Positions 32,857 through 44,314 of a DNA stretch of 64,000 nt are shown piece after piece. Source of the DNA: Candidatus Eiseniibacteriota bacterium (GTDB taxonomy: Bacteria > Eisenbacteria > RBG-16-71-46 > CAIMUX01 > VGJL01); the NCBI GenBank assembly GCA_963792585.1, contig CAWBWI010000001.1:1248001-1312000 (forward strand), read 5' to 3'. Each line of letters begins with the position of its first letter. Position 1 is the stretch's first letter. Position numbers and translations under genes: made by a program. The notes under the pieces were generated by a model that saw only the letters and a list, made by a program, of their open reading frames with translations, had not been told where the DNA came from and made no database searches.

Positions 32857-33411
32857 ATGCGTTCGGCAACAGTCCTGTCCCTTCTGATCATCTCCATGGT
32901 CGGCTGGGGCGTATCAGCAAGCGGGCAGACCCCGTCGACGTCGACGGAGCGGCCCCTGACCCTGATTCCTACCAAGCTTCAGGAACTCAATGAACTCCGG
33001 ATCGATACCGGAAAGAAGGCGGTGCTCGCCGACGGCACCATGAGTGACGTCTATGTGAAGCACTTCCCGGCGGAGGGAAACACCTACCTCAACTTCCACG
33101 TCGACGTCGCCACGGAGGCTGGTCCGTTCGTCCTGCGCCACGAGGGGATTCGACTGGAAGGCCCGACGGCAAAGGGAGCGACGCCGGGGATCGCTTCCTT
33201 CACCCCCCTGGATTGGTTCCTGGACACCGGTGCGGAGGAACTGCGCGGAGATTCGCTGACCGTGAAGGACAAGGCGCTCGTGCAGTTCACCATCGAGGTG
33301 CCGAAGGCGGGCATGGACGATCTGACGCTCTTCGTGCATTTGCAGCGTATCGGGACCGTCCGGGAGATCCGTGAACGGATCACCCAGGATGGAGGAACGC
33401 AGAAGCAATAG
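32857..33411 (+). CDS. Exported hypothetical protein
   Basis: AGGAGG RBS, signal peptide, typical codon bias; no family recognised. Confidence 0.6.
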   Translation: MRSATVLSLLIISMVGWGVSASGQTPSTSTERPLTLIPTKLQELNELRIDTGKKAVLADGTMSDVYVKHFPAEGNTYLNFHVDVATEAGPFVLRHEGIRLEGPTAKGATPGIASFTPLDWFLDTGAEELRGDSLTVKDKALVQFTIEVPKAGMDDLTLFVHLQRIGTVREIRERITQDGGTQKQ

Positions 33412-33563
33412 GGGCGCCCCAGGACGATCGAGGTCCTAGCCAAGACGATGCATTCGTGCCAGTCTCACCTGTTCGGGCGAATGCCCGGAAACACGCCTGC
33501 GCGACGCGACGCGCAGGCTTCCGGCGTTGTCGGGCAAGGAGTCGGGATGGCAGGAGGATCCGC

Positions 33564-33920
33564 ATGAATCCTGAGGTCCTCGAGGAGATCGGACGAGAGA
33601 TCGAGCGCCTGCGCCGCCGGCATGCGGGGCTCATGCGCGAACGACCGGACGCGCGGGAGGTGATCGCCCGATGGGTCATCGAAGTGAGCGGCCTCTGCTG
33701 GTTCGTGCCCCTCGAGGACGTGGTCGAAGCCGACATCGATGTGGAGATCACGAGCGAAGTCCTGGTTGTTCGCGCGAACAGGACCTGGCCTGAGCCCGCG
33801 GTTCTCGTGGGCATTCTTCCTGTCCCGCACGGGTTCGACCCCGATCGAGCGGCGATCCGGTTCACGGAAGAGACGCTGGAGGTCCGGATCCGGCGGGGCC
33901 AACACAGGGTCACGCGATGA
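33564..33920 (+). CDS. Divergent Hsp20/alpha-crystallin-like protein
   Basis: AGGAGG RBS; L.DV..ADIDVEI...VLVVRA.R ... LPVP..FDPD.A..RF....LEVRI; ATGA overlap with dnaJ. Confidence 0.55.
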   Translation: MNPEVLEEIGREIERLRRRHAGLMRERPDAREVIARWVIEVSGLCWFVPLEDVVEADIDVEITSEVLVVRANRTWPEPAVLVGILPVPHGFDPDRAAIRFTEETLEVRIRRGQHRVTR

Positions 33921-34996
33921 GGAACTACTACGAAGTCCTCGGCGTCCGGAATTCGGCAACCCCCGCAGAGCTCAAGAAGGCGTATCGCAGCCTCGCGCTG
34001 AAGTTCCATCCGGACAAGAACCCCGGCGATCGGAAGGCGGAAGAGAAGTTCAAGGAACTGGCCGGGGCCTACGAGATTCTCTCCGATCCCGAGAAGCGGA
34101 GGGAGTATGACGACACCTTGGCCGGCCGCGTTCCTACCGGAGACAGACCCGGCGGGCCCTTCGCCCCCGGCGGAGCCGGACCCTTCGAACCGGACGTCGA
34201 GTCGATGTCGGTCGAGGAGATTCTTCGCCGATTCGGTGACATCTTCGGAGGAGAGTTCGGAGAGCGGATCCACCAATCGCGCGGGGCGGCCCGCCCGGGG
34301 CACGATGCCGAGGTCGAACTCGAAGTCGACTTCCGCACGTCGGCCCTCGGGGGAAAGGTGTCCGTTTCCCTCTCGGGCGCGGTCCCCTGTCCGCGCTGCG
34401 CCGGACGGGGCGCGGTCGGCGATCATCCGGCCTGTTCGACCTGCCAGGGGAGCGGGCACGTCACCGCACAGTCCCGGGAGAAAGGACAGTTCTTCACGGT
34501 GACCCGTCCCTGCTCGATATGCCACGGCACCGGTATCGACCCCTCCAAGGTATGCCCGGAGTGTGGCGGCGAGGGCACGATCGAACGAACGCGCAAGCTC
34601 AATATCAGCATCCCCGAGGGAACGGAGGATGGGACCATCCTCCGCCTGGCGGGTCTTGGAGGAGCCGGGACCGGGGGCGGTCCGTCCGGCGATCTACTGG
34701 TCCACGTTCACGTGCGCACCGATCCGGTCTTCCACCGTGAGGGCAACGACGTTCACTCCGAGGTCGCCGTTCCCGTTGCCATCGCGGCGCTCGGGGGCAA
34801 GGCGCCCATGCAGACACTTCGCGGGCGGGTCAATCTGACCATTCCGCCCGGAACCTCCTCGGGAACCCGGCTCATCCTGCGGGGCCAGGGCATCCGTGGA
34901 GGAGATCACGTCGCGCGCGTCATCCTCACCGTGCCCGCAGACCTCACCCCGAGACAGCGGGAGCTGTTCGAGGAGTTGAGGAAGAGCGGCGTCTGA
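33917..34996 (+). CDS. dnaJ: DnaJ-class chaperone
   Basis: J domain with HPD, four CxxCxGxG repeats, C-terminal domain (GDLLVHV, IPPGT.SG). Confidence 0.92.
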   Translation: MRNYYEVLGVRNSATPAELKKAYRSLALKFHPDKNPGDRKAEEKFKELAGAYEILSDPEKRREYDDTLAGRVPTGDRPGGPFAPGGAGPFEPDVESMSVEEILRRFGDIFGGEFGERIHQSRGAARPGHDAEVELEVDFRTSALGGKVSVSLSGAVPCPRCAGRGAVGDHPACSTCQGSGHVTAQSREKGQFFTVTRPCSICHGTGIDPSKVCPECGGEGTIERTRKLNISIPEGTEDGTILRLAGLGGAGTGGGPSGDLLVHVHVRTDPVFHREGNDVHSEVAVPVAIAALGGKAPMQTLRGRVNLTIPPGTSSGTRLILRGQGIRGGDHVARVILTVPADLTPRQRELFEELRKSGV

Positions 34997-35017
34997 ATGC
35001 TCGAGGAAGGGGTAAGC

Positions 35018-37006
35018 ATGAATGACCGCGACAGGACGTGCATCAACACCCTCCGCATGCTCGCCGTCGACATGGTCGAAGAGGCCGCATCCGGCCACCC
35101 GGGCCTGCCCCTCGGCGCCGCCCCCATGGCCTACGTCTTGTGGGATCGATTCCTGCGCCATGATCCAAGGGATCCGAGTTGGCCGGATCGGGACCGCTTC
35201 ATCCTCTCGGCCGGGCACGGCAGCGCCCTCCTCTACGCGCTCCTCCACATGACCGGTTACGATCTGGCGCTCGATGAGCTGCGGCGTTTCCGTCAATGGG
35301 GCAGCCGCACGCCCGGGCATCCGGAGTCCCATCACACCCCCGGAGTGGAAGCCACCACGGGACCGCTCGGCCAGGGCTTCGCCATGGGTGTCGGGATGGC
35401 GATGGCCGAGGCGCACCTGGCGCGGCTCGTCAATCGGCCGGACTTCCCCGTGGTCGCCCATCACACCTATGGAATCGTTTCGGACGGAGACCTGATGGAG
35501 GGGATTTCCTCCGAGGCCGCCTCCCTGGCGGGCAGGCTGGCGCTGGGTCGCCTCATCTATCTCTACGATGACAACCACATCTCGATCGAAGGCGACACCG
35601 ATCTGGCCTTCACCGAGGACGTGCGGGCGCGCTTCGAGGCCTACGGCTGGCAGACGCTGCGCGTGCCCGACGGCAATGATCTCGATGCGATCGACCTGGC
35701 GATTCGACAGGCCCTCGCCGATCGCGCTCACCCATCCCTGATCCTCGTGCGCAACCACATCGGCTACGGCAGCCCGAAGCAAGACTCCGCCTCCGCTCAC
35801 GGCGAGCCCCTCGGCGCGGAAGCGACCCGGGCGACGAAACAGACGCTCGGGTGGCCTTTGAGTCCCCCATTCCACGTGCCCGACGAAGCCCGCTCCCACC
35901 TGGGCTCCGCCGTCGAGCGCGGCGCACGGGCGCACGCGGAATGGAACTCGCTGGTCGATGCGTTCGGTTCGGCCCATCCCGAGTCGGCGGCGCTCTACGC
36001 GAGGATTCGGCAGGGCGAGCTTCCGAAAGACTGGGATCTCGACCTCCCAAGATTCTCCGAGAAACCGATCGCGACGCGGGATGCCTCCGGCCGGACGTTG
36101 AACATCCTCGCCGCCCGCCTTCCCGAGCTGGTCGGCGGATCGGCCGATCTGGCACCGTCCACGAAGACCCTGATCGAGAACGCGGCGGATTTCGATCCGA
36201 TGAAGCATGCCGGATCGAACATCCACTTCGGCGTCCGCGAGCACGCGATGGGTGGATGCCTGAACGGCATCGCGCTGCACGGCGGTCTCATTCCCTTCGG
36301 GGCGACTTTCTTGATCTTCTCGGACTACATGCGACCCTCCGTGCGTCTGGCCGCGATGATGCAGACCCATGTGATCTTCGTCTACACGCACGACAGTATC
36401 GGCCTCGGCGAGGATGGGCCGACCCACCAACCCGTCGAGCAACTGATGGCCCTGCGCGCGATCCCCGGCCTCACCGTCATCCGTCCTGCGGATGGGAATG
36501 AAACCGTGGCGGCGTGGCGTCTGGCGATTTCGCGCCGCGGGCCCGTGGCCATCGTGCTGAGCCGTCAGAAGCTGCCCACACTGGACGCGTCCCCCGACGC
36601 GATCGCCGCAGGCGTGCCCCGCGGCGGGTACGTGCTCGTCGATTCGAAGGACGGGCCGCCGGAGATCGTCCTCCTGGGCACCGGATCCGAGGTGTGCCTG
36701 TTGACCGCCGCGCAACCTCGGCTCGCCGAGAAAGGGGTAAAGGCGCGGGTGGTCTCGTTCCCTTCCTTCGAGCTCTTCGACGCGCAACCCGAAGCGTACC
36801 GTCAGGGGGTATTGCCCCCCGAAATCCCGAGAATCGCAGTCGAGGCGGGCGTAACAAGGGGATGGCACGAGTACGTGGGTGATCGAGGCGCCGTGATCGG
36901 CCTCGACCGCTTCGGCGCCTCGGCGCCCGGCGAGATCGTCATGCGAGAGATGGGATTCACGCCGGAGCGGGTCGTCGAGCGCGCGATGCGGCTCTTGGGG
37001 CGGTAG
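35018..37006 (+). CDS. tkt: Transketolase
   Basis: [52 protein letters not shown]. Confidence 0.97.
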   Translation: MNDRDRTCINTLRMLAVDMVEEAASGHPGLPLGAAPMAYVLWDRFLRHDPRDPSWPDRDRFILSAGHGSALLYALLHMTGYDLALDELRRFRQWGSRTPGHPESHHTPGVEATTGPLGQGFAMGVGMAMAEAHLARLVNRPDFPVVAHHTYGIVSDGDLMEGISSEAASLAGRLALGRLIYLYDDNHISIEGDTDLAFTEDVRARFEAYGWQTLRVPDGNDLDAIDLAIRQALADRAHPSLILVRNHIGYGSPKQDSASAHGEPLGAEATRATKQTLGWPLSPPFHVPDEARSHLGSAVERGARAHAEWNSLVDAFGSAHPESAALYARIRQGELPKDWDLDLPRFSEKPIATRDASGRTLNILAARLPELVGGSADLAPSTKTLIENAADFDPMKHAGSNIHFGVREHAMGGCLNGIALHGGLIPFGATFLIFSDYMRPSVRLAAMMQTHVIFVYTHDSIGLGEDGPTHQPVEQLMALRAIPGLTVIRPADGNETVAAWRLAISRRGPVAIVLSRQKLPTLDASPDAIAAGVPRGGYVLVDSKDGPPEIVLLGTGSEVCLLTAAQPRLAEKGVKARVVSFPSFELFDAQPEAYRQGVLPPEIPRIAVEAGVTRGWHEYVGDRGAVIGLDRFGASAPGEIVMREMGFTPERVVERAMRLLGR

Positions 37007-37058
37007 CCGCTCGAATCCTACAGGAGAGCGGTATGGAACTCGAAGCGAGGAGGCTCCC

Positions 37059-37967
37059 ATGGAACTTGGGATGATCGGGCTTGGACGGATGGGCGGCATG
37101 ATGACCGAGAGGCTCCTTCGGGGCGGCCATGCCCTCGTCGGCTTCGACCGGAGTCCGGAAGCCATCGATCGCGTGAAGAAGCTGGGCGCTCGGGGCGCGG
37201 ATTCGCCCGCCTCGCTCTGCAAGCAGCTCGTACCGCGTCGCGCAGTCTGGCTGATGGTGCCGTCCGGCGATGCCGTCGATCGCACGATCGAGGAACTCCT
37301 GCCCCTCCTGACCCCCGGGGACGTCGTCATCGACGGCGGGAACAGCAACTTCAAGGATACGATTCGCCGCGCCGCGATGCTCGAGGCGCGCGGATTCGCG
37401 ATGGTCGATTGCGGGACGAGCGGCGGCATCTGGGGTTTGACCGGCGGCTACAGCCTCATGATCGGCGGCAACTCGGAAGCGGTCGCGTGGTTGCGTCCGA
37501 TCTTCGAAACGCTCGCCCCCGCCCCGGACCGCGGATGGGGACATGTGGGCGGCAGCGGGGCGGGGCATCTCGTGAAGATGGTCCATAACGGGATCGAGTA
37601 CGGCATGATGCAGGCCTACGCCGAGGGCTTCGCAATTCTCCGTGCGAAGGAGGAATACGGCCTCGACCTCTCGCAGGTCTCGGAGATCTGGCGACATGGA
37701 AGCGTCGTCCGCTCCTGGCTCCTCGATCTCCTCGCCCAGGCGATTGCAGAGAATCCCGACATGAAAGGGATCGCGCCCGAGGTGGCGGACTCCGGGGAGG
37801 GACGCTGGACCGTATTCGAGGCGATCGACAGCAATGTCCCCGCCCCCGTCATCACCCTGTCCCTGATCGAACGGATCCGCTCGCGCGATCGAGACTCGTA
37901 CACCGACCGGCTCCTGGCCGCGATGCGCCGCGCCTTCGGCGGCCATCCGGTCAAGACGGAGCCGTAG
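37059..37967 (+). CDS. gnd: 6-phosphogluconate dehydrogenase (short YqeC/GntZ type)
   Basis: GLGRMG, IDGGNS, GTSGG.WG, KMVHNGIEYG, DSGEGRWT, AFGGH. Confidence 0.95.
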   Translation: MELGMIGLGRMGGMMTERLLRGGHALVGFDRSPEAIDRVKKLGARGADSPASLCKQLVPRRAVWLMVPSGDAVDRTIEELLPLLTPGDVVIDGGNSNFKDTIRRAAMLEARGFAMVDCGTSGGIWGLTGGYSLMIGGNSEAVAWLRPIFETLAPAPDRGWGHVGGSGAGHLVKMVHNGIEYGMMQAYAEGFAILRAKEEYGLDLSQVSEIWRHGSVVRSWLLDLLAQAIAENPDMKGIAPEVADSGEGRWTVFEAIDSNVPAPVITLSLIERIRSRDRDSYTDRLLAAMRRAFGGHPVKTEP

Positions 37968-37968
37968 G

Positions 37969-39426
37969 ATGAAGCTCGCGGTGCCGGAGGCGTGTCTCTT
38001 CGTGATCTTCGGGGCCCGCGGGGACCTCGCCCGTCGCAAGCTGATCCCGGCGCTTTGCAGGGTGCTCGCCCCGAAAGAACGCCGGGATCGAATCCACATT
38101 CTTGGCGTCGGCACACCCTCCGACATCAGCCACGAGAAGTTCCGCATGCTCGCCCGCGATGCTCTTCGGGAGGCCGGGGTTCCGCCGGAGGTGACATCCA
38201 GTTGGTGCGACCGTTGCGTGCACTACCATTCGATCGGGGCCCAGAACACGGAAGACTACGCGACGCTCGCGCGCGCGATCGCCGAGATCGAGGAACGCAA
38301 CGACCTGCCGGGAAACCGCGTCTTCTACCTCGCACTCCCGCCGCAGGTCTTCGTCCCGACGATCACCGCCCTCGGGAAGACGGGCCTCAACCGTGGCCCC
38401 GGCTGGACCCGGGTGGTCGTGGAGAAACCTTTCGGCCGCGATCTCGCGTCGGCCATCGCACTGAACCAGGCCATCCACGAGTATTTCGACGAGTCTCAGG
38501 TCTACCGGATCGATCATTATCTCGGCAAGGAAACGGTGCAGAATCTCCTGGTCTTTCGATTCGCGAACGCGGTATTCGAATCGATCTGGAACCGGGATCG
38601 GATCGAGAGCGTGCAGATCACCGTCGCGGAGGACCTCGGGGTCGAACATCGAGGGCGTTATTACGAGGGCGCCGGCGCCTTGCGTGACATGGTCCAGAAC
38701 CACCTCACCCAGTTGCTCACGATGATCGCGATGGAGATCCCCTCCGCCTTCGACGCGGAGGCGATCCGGGCGGAGAAGATCAAGATCCTGCGCTCACTCT
38801 CCCCGATCCGACCGGAAGACGTCGTCTTCGGGCAGTACGGCGCGGGAACGATCGACGGGACCGCGGTACCGGCCTACCGAGACGAGCCGGATGTCGCGCC
38901 CAACTCCTCGACCGAGACGTTTGTCGCCCTGCGTCTGGAGGTCGCCAACTGGCGCTGGTACGGCGTCCCGTTCTTCCTGCGGACCGGAAAGCGACTCCTG
39001 CGCCAAGCGACGGAGATCGTCGTGCGCTTCCGCTGCCCGCCTGTCTCCATCTTCAAGGAACTCCCCGCACGCGCAGTCTCCTCCAATGTTCTGGTCATCA
39101 CGATCCAGCCGGACGAAGGATTCGAACTTGGCTTCCAGGTCAAGGCGCCCGGCCAGCCGCTCGACATCGTTCAGCAGTTCCTTCGCTTCCGCTACAGCGA
39201 GACGTTCCAGCGTCTGCCGGAAGCCTATGAGACCCTCCTGCTCGATGTGATGCTCGGTGACCAGACGCTCTTCGTCTGGTCGGAGGTCGCCGAGGCGGCG
39301 TGGCGGATCTATGCGCCGTGCATCGACACGCCCCCACCCGTCCATTCATATGCGGCAGGGACCTGGGGGCCTGCGGAGGCGGATCAACTCGTGGCCCGCG
39401 CGGGTCATGAGTGGCTTCAGCCGTGA
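37969..39426 (+). CDS. zwf: Glucose-6-phosphate 1-dehydrogenase
   Basis: FGARGDLA.RKL, EKPFG, RIDHYLGKETVQN, RDMVQNH, LRTGK. Confidence 0.97.
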   Translation: MKLAVPEACLFVIFGARGDLARRKLIPALCRVLAPKERRDRIHILGVGTPSDISHEKFRMLARDALREAGVPPEVTSSWCDRCVHYHSIGAQNTEDYATLARAIAEIEERNDLPGNRVFYLALPPQVFVPTITALGKTGLNRGPGWTRVVVEKPFGRDLASAIALNQAIHEYFDESQVYRIDHYLGKETVQNLLVFRFANAVFESIWNRDRIESVQITVAEDLGVEHRGRYYEGAGALRDMVQNHLTQLLTMIAMEIPSAFDAEAIRAEKIKILRSLSPIRPEDVVFGQYGAGTIDGTAVPAYRDEPDVAPNSSTETFVALRLEVANWRWYGVPFFLRTGKRLLRQATEIVVRFRCPPVSIFKELPARAVSSNVLVITIQPDEGFELGFQVKAPGQPLDIVQQFLRFRYSETFQRLPEAYETLLLDVMLGDQTLFVWSEVAEAAWRIYAPCIDTPPPVHSYAAGTWGPAEADQLVARAGHEWLQP

Positions 39427-40181
39427 CATCCGAGATCCGCATCTACTCCGATTCCGACACTCTCGGCGCGGCGGCGGCCCGGGCGGTCGCGGAGCGCATC
39501 GTGACGCGGCTGTCCCACGCGGAGACCTTTGCGATCGCCCTCGCGGGAGGGCGATCGCCGATCAACACCTACCGATATCTCGCGACGACACACCGGGATG
39601 CAATCCCATGGACGCGGGTCCACTTCTTCTGGAGCGATGAGCGGTATGTCCCGCCCGACGATCCCGCCAGCAATTACGGTGTCGCAAAGGCGGAGCTTCT
39701 CGGTCGCGTGCCCGTGCCCGTCGAAAACGTTCACCCGATGTCGACGCAGGAGCGCGACGCCGATGCGGCGGCGGCTGGCTACGAGTCGATCCTGCGTCGG
39801 GAGTTCGGTCCCGATGGTCCGATCTTCGATCTCACGCTCCTCGGGCTGGGGACCGAAGGACACACGGCATCGCTGTTCCCCGGATCGTCGGCGTTGGGAG
39901 AGACGCGCCGATGGGTCATGCCCGCGCTCGCGCCGGCAACGCCCGCGCAGCGGCTGACGCTCACGCTCCGCGCCCTGAACCTGTCGCGTGAGATCTACTT
40001 CATCGTGGCGGGCGCGGAGAAGGCTCCCGCCCTGGCGGCCGCATATCATCGTACGGCCTCGCCGGCGGACTGCCCGGCAGCCGGAGTGCGCCCGACCGCG
40101 GGCAGGACCGTCTGGTGGGTCGATGTCGCAGCGGCCGCCCGTCTGCGGGCGATGCCGGCGCCGGACGATCCCCAACGGTGA
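39423..40181 (+). CDS. pgl: 6-phosphogluconolactonase
   Basis: LAGGRSP, DERYVP.D...SNY, LLGLGTEGHTASLFP; GTGA overlap with zwf. Confidence 0.95.
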   Translation: MTSEIRIYSDSDTLGAAAARAVAERIVTRLSHAETFAIALAGGRSPINTYRYLATTHRDAIPWTRVHFFWSDERYVPPDDPASNYGVAKAELLGRVPVPVENVHPMSTQERDADAAAAGYESILRREFGPDGPIFDLTLLGLGTEGHTASLFPGSSALGETRRWVMPALAPATPAQRLTLTLRALNLSREIYFIVAGAEKAPALAAAYHRTASPADCPAAGVRPTAGRTVWWVDVAAAARLRAMPAPDDPQR

Positions 40182-40320
40182 CCCGCGGATTTGCCGGCGC
40201 GTAGCGGCGGCAATCCAATCCGCGGATTCTCGTATCACCTCGAGGCATCGGCCGACTGCCAGAGAGGGGCCGGTATGCCCTCGATCGCCGCAGGTCATGT
40301 CGAACGCGGGAGAAGTCTCG

Positions 40321-42918
40321 ATGAAACCGTCCATTTCCATCATCGCGTGCGGCGGGCTCATTCTCGGCGCCGCTGTCTCCACGATCTCCGCCGCGCGTCT
40401 CTTCGACACGTCGACCACATTCGTCACCGGCTCCTATCCGGAAGGCTTCTATCCGCATGCTTCGCGGGTCGCGGACATCAACAATGACGGGAGACCCGAT
40501 TACGTCGCGTCCAACCACTGGTTCTCGAACAACGTCTCCGTGATGTTGCACGACGCCGGGGCCGGCTACCTCGCCCCGAGCTTCCTCACGATCGACTTGA
40601 GCTCGATCGGCGTCGAAGTGGCTGATTTCACGGGTGATGGCCTCCCCGACATCCTCGCATCGAATACCGGATCGAACTATCAAGGAAGCACCGTTTCCCT
40701 GCTGCGCAACCTTGGGGGCGGGGCCTTTGCCCCACGGCAGACTTTCGCGGCGGTTGCGGGTCCGACCGAAATTGTCGCGGCGGATTTCGACGGCGACGAC
40801 GATACCGACGCTGCTGTCGCAGGGTATGGTCCTTCCGGACAGGGGACACGGATCGCCATCCTCCGCAACAACGGATCGGGGGGTTTCCTCGCCCCCACGC
40901 TCATCACGGTCGGGATCGGCCCCTCGGATCTCGAGGCCGGCGACTTGAATGCCGATGGCCGTCCCGATCTCGTCGTGGCGCGCGATACCTTCAAGCTCAC
41001 CGTCCTGCTGAACGTGGGCAACGGAGCCTTCGCGGCGCCCGTCGACTATGTCACCCAGGATCAGCAATGGGCGGGTGACTTCTTCGCCAATGCCGAGTTG
41101 AGCGACGTCGACCGCGACGGTGACCTCGATGTCTACTGCTCGAGCACGCGCACCCAAATCGATGCCGACTACGGCGCCATTTGCGTGCTGAAGAACCAGG
41201 GAAATGGAACCCTCGGCAACCGCAGTTCCATCGTCCTCCCTCGCTATCTTGGCGGAGCGGTCGATATCGCAGTCGCAGACGTGACGAACGATACGTGGCC
41301 CGACCTGCTCACCGCGCATACCGGAAACGGCGGTTGGGTGGTCACCCCCTCGCTCGGAGGGGGCGCGTTCGGCCCCGGCTTCGAGTACGCCGGCGGAAAT
41401 GACCCGATGAAGATCGCGGCGGCGGATGCCGACGCGGATGGGGATCTCGATGCGCTCGTGCTCAATCGCTACTCGCTCACCCTGGGCGTTCACCTGAACA
41501 GAGGCAATGGCACCTTCCTCGAGCCGGGCGGACGGGATCTCGAGCCGCTCTGCGGGTGGATGGATGCGGGCGACATCGACGGCGACGGTGACCTGGACGT
41601 TGTCTCCAGCTTTGCGTACGCCGGCGGAGGCGGGCTGTCCTTGATCCGGAACAACGGTGACGGCACGTTCACGCCGAGGCAGAATTACACCGGCCCGCGG
41701 GGCGCCATGACGCCACGTTTCGACGACCTCGACGGCGATTCGGATCTCGATCTTGTCTGGGCATTCGACCCCACGTCCCCGCCCTACGATTTCGTGGTGC
41801 GGCTCAATGACGGCAGCGGGAACTTTGGCGCGCCGACTTCGTGGCAGGTCGGCACGTGCGGCACCGGCGACCTGATCACCATGGACGTCGACCAGGACGG
41901 CGATCGCGACGTCCTGCTCACCGACTGGCTCGGCTGCGGCGGCATCGACAGCCCTTGGGTCTGGATCCGCCGTAACAACGGGGACGCGACCTTCGGCCCG
42001 CCGTATCGCCTGGTCTACGTGACGGATCCGAAGGAGATGGACGCGGCCGATTTCGATGGAGACGGAGAGGATGATCTGGCCACGTTGCACGCGGACGGGA
42101 TCAAGCTGGTTCACCCGATCGGCGATGGGCTGTTCGGGCCGCCGACGGGATACCCGGTGCCGGATCCTCCGTATGGGTTGGTCGCAGCCGACCTCGATGG
42201 CGACGGATTCCCCGATATCGCCACGGCCAATATCCGCGGCGCATGGGAAGGCACGATCTCGATCTTCATGAATGACGGCACCGGGATCCTGGGCGCCCCC
42301 TCGACGATCCGCTCCGCCTTCTCGACGGAGGTTTCTCCGATCGGCCAGATTCTGGCGGAAGACGCCGATCAGGACGGCGACCGGGATCTGCTGCTGATGA
42401 GCTATGGCGGGCAGGACCTTCTCGTCTACGAAAACGACGGTCAGGGCGGGTTCGCCCTTCAGGGCCGTTACGTGGTCGGCGCCGCGCCGGGCGACTTCCG
42501 CTGCCTCGACTTCACCGGAGACGGCAAGCCGGACTTCGGCGCCGTCATCGGGCTGCCGCCGGCCAATCTCAACAAGCGATTCGTGGTGGCCGCCGGGATC
42601 CAGACCGACCCCGCGGCGGTCGACGAAGCCGGGACGAGAAGCCCGTCCGCGCTGGTCTCCCACGGTCCCAATCCATTCAGGGACTTCACCCGAGTGGGAT
42701 TCCGTCTTCCGGCGAGGACTCCGGTGCGGCTCGCGGCATACGACGTGGCCGGGAGGGAGGTCGCATCCCTGCTCGACGGCGTTCTCGGCGCCGGGGAACA
42801 TCTGGTGACATGGGATGGGGCGGACCGGTCCGGGGCGCGACTCGCCGCGGGCGTCTACCTGATGCGGCTGATCACGGATGGCGGGACAGCCTCCCTGAGG
42901 CTCGTCGTGATGCCCTGA
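40321..42918 (+). CDS. Secreted FG-GAP/VCBS repeat protein with C-terminal FlgD-Ig-like domain
   Basis: Many D(F/L)DGDGDxD repeats; GPNPF, YDVAGREV..L, WDG.D..G..LAAGVY..RL. Confidence 0.9.
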   Translation: MKPSISIIACGGLILGAAVSTISAARLFDTSTTFVTGSYPEGFYPHASRVADINNDGRPDYVASNHWFSNNVSVMLHDAGAGYLAPSFLTIDLSSIGVEVADFTGDGLPDILASNTGSNYQGSTVSLLRNLGGGAFAPRQTFAAVAGPTEIVAADFDGDDDTDAAVAGYGPSGQGTRIAILRNNGSGGFLAPTLITVGIGPSDLEAGDLNADGRPDLVVARDTFKLTVLLNVGNGAFAAPVDYVTQDQQWAGDFFANAELSDVDRDGDLDVYCSSTRTQIDADYGAICVLKNQGNGTLGNRSSIVLPRYLGGAVDIAVADVTNDTWPDLLTAHTGNGGWVVTPSLGGGAFGPGFEYAGGNDPMKIAAADADADGDLDALVLNRYSLTLGVHLNRGNGTFLEPGGRDLEPLCGWMDAGDIDGDGDLDVVSSFAYAGGGGLSLIRNNGDGTFTPRQNYTGPRGAMTPRFDDLDGDSDLDLVWAFDPTSPPYDFVVRLNDGSGNFGAPTSWQVGTCGTGDLITMDVDQDGDRDVLLTDWLGCGGIDSPWVWIRRNNGDATFGPPYRLVYVTDPKEMDAADFDGDGEDDLATLHADGIKLVHPIGDGLFGPPTGYPVPDPPYGLVAADLDGDGFPDIATANIRGAWEGTISIFMNDGTGILGAPSTIRSAFSTEVSPIGQILAEDADQDGDRDLLLMSYGGQDLLVYENDGQGGFALQGRYVVGAAPGDFRCLDFTGDGKPDFGAVIGLPPANLNKRFVVAAGIQTDPAAVDEAGTRSPSALVSHGPNPFRDFTRVGFRLPARTPVRLAAYDVAGREVASLLDGVLGAGEHLVTWDGADRSGARLAAGVYLMRLITDGGTASLRLVVMP

Positions 42919-43087
42919 GCTTCCGCGTGAGTCGGGCAACCGCGGGCGCGCCCCGCAGGCGCACCCCCGGCGATGGCTGACCGCGTCTTGCGGGGATCGA
43001 GCTTACCGCGAGCGGACCACGCGGACCGGCTCGATCCCTGTCTGCTCCTCTTGAAACGGGCACGGTGAAGCCCGCGCCGGATCCGCG

Positions 43088-44249
43088 TCACTCCCCGTAT
43101 TGGAGATCCAGGCTGTAGTCCACGTCGTCGGTCCAGAAACGAATCTGGATCAAGGCTTGGCCGTCGGTCTCGGAGGTCACCTGGAGCACTATGGGATTGT
43201 CCGTTCCTTCGGATCGGGCCGTATTCCCGCTCGGTGGAATCAGCTCGACGCGACGGTGCGCCCCCTCCCCACCGGAGATCGTCGCGTCCAAAGTCATGGT
43301 CAAGGCCTGTCCTGCGGCCATCGCAATCGTGTAGAAGTCCTGGTCGACGTCGCACCCGCGAAGTCCCGTATGGAGTCCGGCCGTCAGAGGGGCCGCCATG
43401 TCGCGGAAATCATTGTCCTCGAACGCGTCGTCGTCGCACGGATCGCCGGCCGTCACAGCCAGGTCATAGAGAACGTACTCCCCGGGGTCCAGCCCGTAGC
43501 TGCTGTAGATCTCCACGAAGTAGGTGCCCGGAAGGAAGGTGTAGCTGTAGTCCGGGGTTTCGCCGGGACGCGCCGAAGTTCCGAGGGTCGCATAGTACTC
43601 GTGCGGGCCGCGCATGAAGTGGATCTGCCAGCCCGGGTAGTCGGTCGTATCCGCGGAGGCATCATGGATCAGCGTCGACACCGTGATCCTGCTGGTGGCG
43701 TCAACGTCCAGGCGATAGATGTCCTTGTCTTCGTCGCAAATACTCAGGGACCGGCGGACTCTCCCGATGGTCACCGGCTGAGGCGGATTCCACGTCCGGG
43801 TTCGGCTCGAGCGCGTCCGCGATGTGCGCGCAGTCGTCGACCCCCGTCTGGAAGCTGCGGGTGAACGGCTCCACCCCGTTGCCCGCGAGATCGACCGCCG
43901 TCTGCGTCACGAAGATCGTGTGCGCAGACCCCGCGGCGAGGAGCGTGTCGAGCGTGACCGTCGCGGTCAGGTTCGCGGGATCGTACTCGACGTGCCCGTG
44001 GGAGGAATAGCCGGCGACCCCCACGGACGCCGCGGTCAGTGAAGCGGGGTCCATCGCCTCCGAGAAGGTCACCGTGATCGGCACGACGAGCCCGACATCG
44101 GTCGCGTTGGCCACCGGGGTCGCGGATACGACCGTCGGGGCCACCGTGTCGCCCGGGCCGGTTTCATCCGCCACGCGGTCGCGGCCGCCGCAGGACAGGC
44201 AGATGGTGCAGAGCGCCAGGAGCGCCGTGATCTCCAGTTTCCCCGTCAT
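43088..44249 (-). CDS. Lipoprotein with Big_5 Ig-like and PPC-like domains, frameshift near 43770
   Basis: Lipobox CLSC; DTVAPTVVSATP...V.FSEAMD; DALEPN and DDAFEDND...D.DFY motifs. Confidence 0.7.
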
Positions 44250-44314
44250 GGCTTCCCTCCTTCGGACGTCGGCATCGTCCGGCGCGGCCCGCAGCTCCCG
44301 GGGAAAGCCCGCGA

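Noticed and set aside
33445..33465. TGGCACG on the minus strand as a sigma-54 promoter
   Set aside because: No GC at the required N10 spacing, and it points antisense to the neighbouring gene.
34694..37429. 911-aa minus-strand ORF
   Set aside because: Antisense shadow of tkt/gnd produced by high GC3; no protein motifs.
40000..42939. 979-aa minus-strand ORF
   Set aside because: Mirror of the FG-GAP gene; its repeats are just the reverse complement of DxDGD codons.
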